A DNA stretch of 61,137 bases, from IMG/VR virus record IMGVR_UViG_3300020732_000001, positions 1 to 61,137 of that record. One strand, given 5' to 3'. The notes under the pieces were generated by a model that saw nothing but the letters and a program-made list of their open reading frames with translations, was not told the DNA's origin and ran no database searches. Source of the DNA: a virus. Taxonomy: Duplodnaviria > Caudoviricetes. Shown here one piece after another: positions 28,994 through 35,514 of this stretch; within the stretch, counting starts at the first letter, position 1; each line of letters starts with the position of its first letter. The position numbers and the translations under genes were made by a program.

Positions 28994-29169
28994 AAACATT
29001 TGCTTTATTGGTATCGGTTAGCCTTTGTGGTTGGATTATTTTCTTTACCGAACTTGCTCGTAAGGAAGCAGTGTATGACTGCCATATGGTTAGTTACCCT
29101 ATGGCGATTGATGTCCCTAAAGAAGTTATTGCACAATGCAGACAGAAAGGAATATGGGTGGTGAAATGA
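28990..29169 (+). CDS. Small membrane-anchored protein (59 aa, not in ORF track)
   Basis: ATGA coupling at both ends; MKTFALLVSVSLCGWIIFF... Confidence 0.6.
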   Translation: MKTFALLVSVSLCGWIIFFTELARKEAVYDCHMVSYPMAIDVPKEVIAQCRQKGIWVVK

Positions 29170-29525
29170 AAGAAAGGTTATGGGATTTTTTGGGTGATGC
29201 CGTAGATATTGTTGGAGGAATAATTTTATCTGTATTACTTGTGGTTTCATTGTTTTGTGTTGTTGGTGGACTTATTTATTGTGCTTGGCTTTTATTATTA
29301 AATCCTCAAGATAAAGAAGCACGTAGGCAGGCTGAAATAGCCGAAGCTACACCACATAAGTACGCAGAAGTTGATGGTTGTACTGTTTACACATGGTATG
29401 CAAATGGTAGGAATCATTACTTTACGAAATGCCCAACAAAAGTAACAACAGAAAGTAGGTACAGTGAATATTGTGGTAAGGCTTGCAGCAAAGAACGTAG
29501 TGAAATAATTGAAACGGAGAGATAA
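29166..29525 (+). CDS. Membrane-anchored hypothetical protein
   Basis: TM segment, then EVDGCTVY..HYFTKC. Confidence 0.65.
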   Translation: MKERLWDFLGDAVDIVGGIILSVLLVVSLFCVVGGLIYCAWLLLLNPQDKEARRQAEIAEATPHKYAEVDGCTVYTWYANGRNHYFTKCPTKVTTESRYSEYCGKACSKERSEIIETER

Positions 29526-29747
29526 ATGACAGACGAACAAATGAAAGAGTTGGCTGAACTGCGTGTAGCCATACAAGATTTAAAGTATCAGTTGATACAA
29601 AAGCATGACTTGCGTGAACTTACTGATGAGGAAATATGCAAACTGTGGGCAGAATCACATGAAGACAGTATTGCTATGCAACAAGGATTTACTACCCAAC
29701 AACATTATTTTGCACATTTAATACTAAAGAAAGCGAGTGAGAAATGA
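29526..29747 (+). CDS. Cassette gene (RELTDEEI..KKASEK family)
   Basis: Ends in the junction repeat. Confidence 0.7.
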   Translation: MTDEQMKELAELRVAIQDLKYQLIQKHDLRELTDEEICKLWAESHEDSIAMQQGFTTQQHYFAHLILKKASEK

Positions 29748-29932
29748 GAACAATTGCACCAACAAATAGATTGCGTTTTGTTGAAAGAGTAATTCCTAGC
29801 CATGATGTTGAGGCAGGTTACAAAGTAAAAATACTTCAACAGTGGTGGAATTATCAAATATTATCAGACAATTCTGGTTGGATTCCTATTGAGGGTGGTG
29901 AATGGCGTGACGTACCTTTAGAAAGCGAGTGA
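29744..29932 (+). CDS. Cassette gene (W.DVP..ESE family)
   Basis: Starts and ends within junction repeats. Confidence 0.7.
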   Translation: MRTIAPTNRLRFVERVIPSHDVEAGYKVKILQQWWNYQILSDNSGWIPIEGGEWRDVPLESE

Positions 29933-29935
29933 GAA

Positions 29936-30082
29936 ATGACAGAAGACCAAGAAGTTAGAGAATGGATGGGTTGGTATCTAGAAAAGCCAATAAATGTTTA
30001 TGAAGTTTATGGCGATGCACTTGAATTTACGGCAGAAGAAAAATCTATGACTGCAATACTAAAGAAAGCGAGTGAGAAATGA
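29936..30082 (+). CDS. Cassette gene, 48 aa (not in ORF track)
   Basis: MTEDQEVREW...AILKKASEK; bounded by repeats. Confidence 0.7.
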   Translation: MTEDQEVREWMGWYLEKPINVYEVYGDALEFTAEEKSMTAILKKASEK

Positions 30083-30753
30083 GTCATTACGGCAAATGTA
30101 AACATGGCATTTATTTAGGGGGTTGTCGTGAATGTTTTCCTTTGCCTAAATTAACAAAAGTTGGGGAAGAACTTATTCAAGAATTAGTAGAGTGTTTTAA
30201 TGAGGATAAAGAAATGACCGCAAATGAACTAGCAGATTTAAATGAATGGTCTTGTTGTGCTCAAAGTAAACAAGTTTCTGCCATGCTACGTCAACAAGCC
30301 AAAGAAATTGAAGAGTTAAAAGAACGCTTAGAAGAAACTCGTCAGTTGTATTTAAAGCAATTAGCCATCACCCATTCTGACACCCAATCACACCCAATTG
30401 AACCAGTGGCAATGCGTTATGACTTTGATGGATATGGATATATGTATATTGACTCAGGTTCAGGAAGTGATTGGCAAACAAGAAAGAAGGGTGAATTCCT
30501 TTACACCAAGCCATTCTTTAGTCAAAAACCTGTTGCCATGATGGTTAAAATGGATGGGTTTGATAAACCTGAGTTTACTACAATTTGTGGTTCTGCTGCG
30601 TTAAAACATCCTAACTATACTGCATTGTATGACCACCCAATGCGTGAACTAAGTGATGAGGAAATACAAGATTTATGGGCGGAGATGGATTGGAGTGGAC
30701 ATCCTGAACTTGAATTTGCGAGAGCAATACTAAAGAAAGCGAGTGAAAAATGA
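30079..30753 (+). CDS. Mosaic cassette gene
   Basis: Contains MTANEL..LRQQ, RELSDEEI and EFARAILKKASEK modules; internal RBS and ATG at 30214. Confidence 0.7.
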   Translation: MSHYGKCKHGIYLGGCRECFPLPKLTKVGEELIQELVECFNEDKEMTANELADLNEWSCCAQSKQVSAMLRQQAKEIEELKERLEETRQLYLKQLAITHSDTQSHPIEPVAMRYDFDGYGYMYIDSGSGSDWQTRKKGEFLYTKPFFSQKPVAMMVKMDGFDKPEFTTICGSAALKHPNYTALYDHPMRELSDEEIQDLWAEMDWSGHPELEFARAILKKASEK

Positions 30754-30899
30754 TATTAACTGGATTTTTATTTGCTATTGGTGCAACACTTGGAACATTA
30801 TTAACTTGGGTTACAATCAGCAAAATTGAACAAATGTATTCCGATTGGCAATACAAAAAGCGTTGGGATGCAATTAAAAAGAAAGAGAATGAGAAATGA
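30750..30899 (+). CDS. Cassette gene, 49-aa membrane peptide (not in ORF track)
   Basis: MILTGFLFAIG...KKKENEK; bounded by repeats. Confidence 0.7.
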   Translation: MILTGFLFAIGATLGTLLTWVTISKIEQMYSDWQYKKRWDAIKKKENEK

Positions 30900-31357
30900 C
30901 TTTAAATGACCTAATTAACAGGCTTGAGCAAATGAACCAAAACCATACATCAATTGGTTGGGAAACACTACAATTTGTAGCACCTTTGCTACGTCAACAA
31001 GCCCAAGAAATAGCAATGCTTAAACAAATCATTGATGCAAACAATTTACAGTTAAATATTGGACAGTTGAAAAAAGAACTAGCATTACAAAGACTATCTG
31101 ATTTTAGTCAAGAGATTGAGGATAGGGAATCTGCTATATACGCAACTGGCTATTGGAATGGTATTCAAAAAACCAAAGAAAAGAATGAAACATTAGATAC
31201 AAGGTCTTATTTGATTGGTAGATACGATAAGCTGCGTGAACTTACTGATGAGGAAATATTAGATTTATGTCCACCAAATCATTCTGAAATGATGAATGAA
31301 TCATACACAATTGAATTTGCAAGAGCAATTGAATCATATTTAAAAGGTGAAAAATGA
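30896..31357 (+). CDS. Mosaic cassette gene
   Basis: LRQQ, RELTDEEI and EFARAI modules. Confidence 0.7.
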   Translation: MTLNDLINRLEQMNQNHTSIGWETLQFVAPLLRQQAQEIAMLKQIIDANNLQLNIGQLKKELALQRLSDFSQEIEDRESAIYATGYWNGIQKTKEKNETLDTRSYLIGRYDKLRELTDEEILDLCPPNHSEMMNESYTIEFARAIESYLKGEK

Positions 31358-31533
31358 AAATGGAAATGCGTTGGTATAAATATTACATACCCTCAACAGG
31401 AAATACTGCTCTTACCTATTCTGAATCTAAAAAACTTCAATATAGGTATCAATATGACCCACCAGACTCACCTTATCCACAAAAATGGTGGACTGATTGG
31501 ATTGATGTGCCAACAATTGAAGAAAGCGAGTGA
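31354..31533 (+). CDS. Cassette gene, 59 aa (W.DVP..ESE family; not in ORF track)
   Basis: MKMEMRW..LQYR..WIDVPTIEESE. Confidence 0.7.
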   Translation: MKMEMRWYKYYIPSTGNTALTYSESKKLQYRYQYDPPDSPYPQKWWTDWIDVPTIEESE

Positions 31534-31536
31534 TAA

Positions 31537-31836
31537 ATGAGTAATATAGATGATTGGGCATGGAAAATCATTCGTGCTTGTGGTTTATCAACTGCCAATT
31601 CTGATATTAATGTTTTTAAATTACATGAATATATTTCAGAGATGATTTACACACCTCGATTTAAAGAATTTCCTGTTGGCAATTTTGTTATGCGGTTTTA
31701 CAAAACAGACCATGTATGGACTTGCACAGTTACAGAAGATATGTTGGATGAAGCAATTAAAATTGCAAAACCATTGTCAGAAGAATATATTCAATCAGAA
31801 TGGGAAAGACTTGGAAAGAAAGCGAGTGAGAAATGA
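31537..31836 (+). CDS. Cassette gene ending KKASEK
   Basis: Bounded by repeats. Confidence 0.7.
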   Translation: MSNIDDWAWKIIRACGLSTANSDINVFKLHEYISEMIYTPRFKEFPVGNFVMRFYKTDHVWTCTVTEDMLDEAIKIAKPLSEEYIQSEWERLGKKASEK

Positions 31837-32085
31837 TGGATTGGTATTTATCTGGAAGATGTTTAAAACACCCAATGGTTGTAGCAGTTATTTTTTATAC
31901 GTTGGGTTATTTTGTGGGTAAAGGATAAAAATGACAGAATATATTGAGTTTATGTGGTTAAGTTTGTTTTTAATTGGTATTGCCATTGGTGTTGTTTTAA
32001 GGAGAAAGAAATGAAATATAGTGATGAATGGTGGAAAGAAGTTGATTTATTAAACAGATCTTTTCCTTTTGGGTGGTGGAAATGA
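31833..32085 (+). CDS. Three coupled micro-ORFs: 31833-31928 (31 aa), 31931-32014 (27 aa), 32011-32085 (24 aa)
   Basis: Consecutive stop/start coupling; two are hydrophobic. Confidence 0.5.
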
Positions 32086-32327
32086 CTGAATTTGAAGACA
32101 AAGTAATTGAGCTTTTAAGTATTATTGCTAATCAAGATCGAAAACCTTTTGGTCCAGAATGGTGGAAAGGCGATCCGACTTTTGGTGGATTGAAAGTATC
32201 TACTCTTTCTTACGATGAGATTAATCAATTGGCTGGTCAATATTTACAGGTAGTTCCTCTTGGATCAAGCCATGCCGTATTAGGAGTTGTAGAGTTTGCT
32301 CGTGCCATTGAAAAAAAATTGAAATGA
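32082..32327 (+). CDS. Hypothetical protein (LSYDEI..EFARAIE)
   Basis: ATGA coupling; shares a C-terminal module with the cassette genes. Confidence 0.65.
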   Translation: MTEFEDKVIELLSIIANQDRKPFGPEWWKGDPTFGGLKVSTLSYDEINQLAGQYLQVVPLGSSHAVLGVVEFARAIEKKLK

Positions 32328-32812
32328 AAATAGAATTAAATCGTCATGAAATGTTAATGTGCGAATTATTTGGTTCTATTCGCAGAAAAAACGCTATGCA
32401 ATTTAATTATGATCGCCAGGTCAGCAAACAAGATCCATATGACATGGACATTGATGGTTTTATGGGAGAGTTTGTAGTAGCCAAATATTTAAATATTATG
32501 GTAGATACTTCAATCAATGAAAAAAAGAATCCAACAGATTTATATTTCAATGCTTATTCAGTAGATGTAAAGACTACTCGTAATCCAAAAGGTGGAGTTT
32601 ACGTCACAGAATATCATCGTAAATCGCCATGTGATTACTATATACAAGTTGTAATTAATGGTAATGTTGGTCATATAACTGGCTGGATTGATAAATATGA
32701 TTTATTTTCCAAAGCTGAATATATATCTGGATCTCATCCATCTTATAAATTAAATCAAGAAAATCTTTTACCTATAGAATTACTATATGTACCGAAACAA
32801 ACAACTTCTTGA
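32324..32812 (+). CDS. Putative PD-(D/E)XK nuclease-like protein
   Basis: GFMGEFVV..D..VDVKTT. Confidence 0.55.
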   Translation: MKIELNRHEMLMCELFGSIRRKNAMQFNYDRQVSKQDPYDMDIDGFMGEFVVAKYLNIMVDTSINEKKNPTDLYFNAYSVDVKTTRNPKGGVYVTEYHRKSPCDYYIQVVINGNVGHITGWIDKYDLFSKAEYISGSHPSYKLNQENLLPIELLYVPKQTTS

Positions 32813-33083
32813 ACTGGTTCGTGTTATTCCTTGTCAAAACTGTGGCCTACAGGATGGAACGGTGGTCGCTGCTCATTCTAATCAACTTCGAGATGGTAAA
32901 GGTCGTGGAATCAAAGCTCACGATTATAGGGTGGCAGCTTTATGTTACAAATGCCATAGTGAATTAGATCAAGGTAATAGACTTTCTAAAGAAGAACGAG
33001 TAGAAATGTGGGAAGAAGCCCACAGAAATACGATTGGTTGGTTATTTGAAAATGATTATGTTAAAATTTGTTTAGTTCCTTAA
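32787..33083 (+). CDS. DUF1364/HNH-like Zn-binding protein
   Basis: PCQNCG..VVAAHSN..GRGIK..LCYKCH..D. Confidence 0.7.
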   Translation: MYRNKQLLELVRVIPCQNCGLQDGTVVAAHSNQLRDGKGRGIKAHDYRVAALCYKCHSELDQGNRLSKEERVEMWEEAHRNTIGWLFENDYVKICLVP

Positions 33084-33110
33084 TTTGAGTTATGTCTTGT
33101 TCTGGAATTA

Positions 33111-33152
33111 GAGCTAGGTTTGGGTTACCGCCCTGTCTAGCTCGTTTTTTTT
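33111..33152 (+). terminator. Rho-independent terminator of the recombination/accessory operon
   Basis: GAGCTAG..CTAGCTC stem followed by a T8 run. Confidence 0.75.
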
Positions 33153-33191
33153 GAGGTTCGATTTTTAGTGCCACAGCCAAAAAACAATATG

Positions 33192-33221
33192 TTGACACTT
33201 TTTTAAAATTTCGTCTATACT
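33192..33221 (+). promoter_or_regulatory. Near-consensus sigma70 promoter driving sRNA-1
   Basis: TTGACA-18 nt-TATACT. Confidence 0.8.
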
Positions 33222-33227
33222 TAGTGG

Positions 33228-33354
33228 GTACACCCCATGTACTACCGTCACCGTGACGCATAAACTCCTAGCAGGGTTAATCAAAACTGACGGTAGGATC
33301 CTCCCTGATCCCTCCCCAGAACCCTAGACTAATCATCTGGGGTTCTTTCTTTTT
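33228..33354 (+). ncRNA. Putative trans-acting antisense sRNA (sRNA-1)
   Basis: Own promoter and terminator, no credible ORF. Stems GTACA/TGTAC, CTACCGTCA/TGACGGTAG and GGATC/GATCC. The loop carries the complement of the leader motif. Confidence 0.7.
33318..33354 (+). terminator. Rho-independent terminator of sRNA-1
   Basis: AGAACCCTAGA/TCTGGGGTTCT (1 G-U) followed by TTCTTTTT. Confidence 0.75.
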
Positions 33355-33358
33355 GTGC

Positions 33359-33392
33359 TTGCAAAATATTTTAAAATGGTTTAATCTATAAT
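33359..33392 (+). promoter_or_regulatory. Sigma70-like promoter driving RNA-2
   Basis: TTGCAA-17 nt-TAATCT, overlapping a TATAAT at 33387-33392. Confidence 0.65.
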
Positions 33393-33395
33393 CTC

Positions 33396-33865
33396 AACTG
33401 CTAGGAGTGCGTCACGGAATGAATCAACTCCGTGATAACAATTTGTGTATTTTGTATATACGTTAATTTAACGTGTATAGATTTATGCCATTTTGTTTAC
33501 GCACTCCTAGCACGATGATTTAGGTCTATCGGTCTGAGTATGTGTGAAAGTTGCCCTTGAAGTTGAGTAGAACGGCAAAAAGACATACGTTTACGTTCTT
33601 CCTAAATTAGCGTGATAGTGAGCAAAGAAGATTGTTTAGGCTCAAGGTGTGGAAGCGTGGTCTTTACTCTGTCTGAGAACGATTGAGAACAATAGAGATC
33701 ATTCGGTGACACTTAAACGAACTCGTAGTACAGAGTAGAAAGCACCGATGTGTGAACTAGACTACCAATGGTTCATTAACTTGATATGAAGTAAGCGACC
33801 GAAAGGATATCGAGTTGAGTTTTCCTTCAATCCCATGCTGTGGGGTTGGGGGAAACCTCACTTTC
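33396..33865 (+). ncRNA. Large multi-stem structured RNA or 5' leader (RNA-2)
   Basis: At least 8 helices with many plus-strand G-U wobbles; no long ORF. Confidence 0.65.
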
Positions 33866-33894
33866 AATTTCGTTTCGCTCCCTCAAGGATATAT

Positions 33895-34101
33895 ATGAAA
33901 GAAATCGTAGAACAGAGAATTAAAGAGTTGGAACGGTTGGTTGAGATCACACCGATAAATAAGAGTTTCAGTCTTCAGTCGAGACTGGTTGAGGCGAAAC
34001 ATATCTTAGATCTAATTAATCAAGAAGAGAAGTATGTATCAGAAAGTGTAATGAATGAAATACAAGATGCTTTATATGGAAAAATGAAAGGAAAGAAATG
34101 A
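33895..34101 (+). CDS. Hypothetical protein
   Basis: RBS AAGGA before ATG 33895. Confidence 0.65.
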   Translation: MKEIVEQRIKELERLVEITPINKSFSLQSRLVEAKHILDLINQEEKYVSESVMNEIQDALYGKMKGKK

Positions 34102-34415
34102 CAGTAAATGAACTTGTAGATAAGTTAAGAAGTGTAAGTATTAGATTATTGGGTAAAGAAACTGAGCAAGCAGGTAGAGCTATTATCCTCTACAGAGAAT
34201 CAGCGATTATGCTACGCCAACAAGAAGCAGAATTGACTGAAGCAGGACATATGATTGGTGTATTACGAGAAGAAATTAGTTTGTTGAAAGAAGAAATAGA
34301 AGTGTTGAAACCATATAAAGAAAAGATTGAAATGATGGAACAAGCCTATGATGCCCATATTAAAAAATCAATGGGTGAGGTTAAAGACCTTATAAAGAAA
34401 GCGAAGGGAAAATGA
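34098..34415 (+). CDS. Coiled-coil protein related to the cassette family (MTVNEL..LRQQ..KKAKGK)
   Basis: Shared modules and a degenerate junction repeat. Confidence 0.65.
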   Translation: MTVNELVDKLRSVSIRLLGKETEQAGRAIILYRESAIMLRQQEAELTEAGHMIGVLREEISLLKEEIEVLKPYKEKIEMMEQAYDAHIKKSMGEVKDLIKKAKGK

Positions 34416-34627
34416 AAGTATTAATTGATGAAGAAGAATGGTATCCAGTATTAACAATTGATGATGATAAAGAACAGATTAAATATTATGAGAACAGTAA
34501 TATATGTTCTGTTTGGGTTGTAGATGTGCCTGAGATCTTGGTATCTGAATACAAGTTTATATTGTCTCAATGGGAGAAGATGCAAGACAAGATAAAGAAA
34601 ATTGTAGATGCACAAGATGAAGTTTGA
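34412..34627 (+). CDS. Hypothetical protein
   Basis: ATGA coupling; EEWYPV motif. Confidence 0.65.
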   Translation: MKVLIDEEEWYPVLTIDDDKEQIKYYENSNICSVWVVDVPEILVSEYKFILSQWEKMQDKIKKIVDAQDEV

Positions 34628-34654
34628 TATACTGAAATTTCCAACTGCTAGGAG
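34625..34654 (+). promoter_or_regulatory. Extended -10 promoter followed by AACTGCTAGGAG leader motif
   Basis: TGaTATACT 34625-34633; motif at 34643-34654. Confidence 0.6.
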
Positions 34655-34659
34655 AATAA

Positions 34660-35514
34660 ATGAAGAAAGTAAATATACTCGCCATTCGTATTGATGGCGG
34701 CACTCAATCTCGTGATAAATTAAATGAAGATGTAGTAAAAGAATATGCTGATTGCATGAAAGATGGTGCAATATTTCCACCGATTACAGTCTTTTTCGAT
34801 GGCTCTGATTACTGGTTAGCCGATGGTTTTCACAGATACTTTGCTAATAAATCTTTAGGTAATGTAGCCCTTGACTGCGATGTCAAAGAAGGCACTTGTA
34901 GGGATGCAGTCTTACATTCCTTTGGTGCAAACGGCAAGAATGGTCTACCACCAACGGCCAAAGAAAAACGCAATATTGTGATTAAAATGATCCAAGATGA
35001 AGAATGGGGTAAATGGTCAAATAAACATATTGCAACCATTGTCCATGTATCCTCAATGACTGTGGGTAGAATCAGAAAAGAATTAGAAGAAGAGCCGAAA
35101 GAAAAAGTCACCTATCTTCGTCAAGGCGTAGAAGTAGAAGCAAAAAAACCAAAGAAGAAAAAAGCTGAAAAGAAAAAAGAAGAACCTATAGCAGAACCAG
35201 TAGATCCTGTAGTGGTAGATCCTGTAGCTCCAGATCAATCTTTAAATCCATTGGAAATCAAGATTGATGAACTTAGTCGAGACATTATTGATTACATTGA
35301 AGAGATCACAAAACTTAAGGATGTGATTGCAACTAAACGATACGATGCCACAGAGTTTGAGCAAGAGGATGCTTTGATGACGATCCAAGAACTTCGTGAG
35401 GAAATTAAACTTAAAGATAGAGAAATTAAATCATTGCGTGATAGTCGTGATATGTATCAAGAACGCAATGCTGAACTCATTAAACAACTCAAAGCTTATC
35501 AGAAGAAAAAATAA
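34660..35514 (+). CDS. ParB/Srx-like N-terminal domain protein with HTH and coiled coil
   Basis: GGTQSR..FPPITV..WLADGFHRY; WSNKHIA..VSSMTV HTH. Confidence 0.75.
   Translation: MKKVNILAIRIDGGTQSRDKLNEDVVKEYADCMKDGAIFPPITVFFDGSDYWLADGFHRYFANKSLGNVALDCDVKEGTCRDAVLHSFGANGKNGLPPTAKEKRNIVIKMIQDEEWGKWSNKHIATIVHVSSMTVGRIRKELEEEPKEKVTYLRQGVEVEAKKPKKKKAEKKKEEPIAEPVDPVVVDPVAPDQSLNPLEIKIDELSRDIIDYIEEITKLKDVIATKRYDATEFEQEDALMTIQELREEIKLKDREIKSLRDSRDMYQERNAELIKQLKAYQKKK

Larger units (their letters stand above)
29720..31836 (+). repeat. Array of 7 junction repeats AAGAAAGCGAGTGAGAAATGA delimiting mini-genes
   Basis: Copies end at 29747, 29939, 30082, 30753, 30899, 31540 and 31836. A degenerate copy ends at 34415. 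Confidence 0.9.

Noticed and set aside
29720-31836. Junction repeats as a CRISPR array
   Set aside because: Spacing is irregular (143-671 bp), the intervening sequences are ORFs, the repeat is not palindromic, and there is no cas operon. The Cas4-like nuclease fits a recombination module.
33061-33261. Minus-strand 66-aa ORF and the 5' extension of ORF 33835
   Set aside because: They overlap a clear plus-strand terminator, promoter and hairpins and lack an RBS. The likely real start of the downstream gene is 33895.
33396-33512. tRNA or tmRNA
   Set aside because: The multi-stem shape lacks T-loop/D-loop consensus, a 7-bp acceptor stem and a CCA end.
33512-33865. Group I or group II intron
   Set aside because: It does not interrupt a gene, and I could not identify P7 or domain V consensus by eye. 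A cmscan is still warranted.
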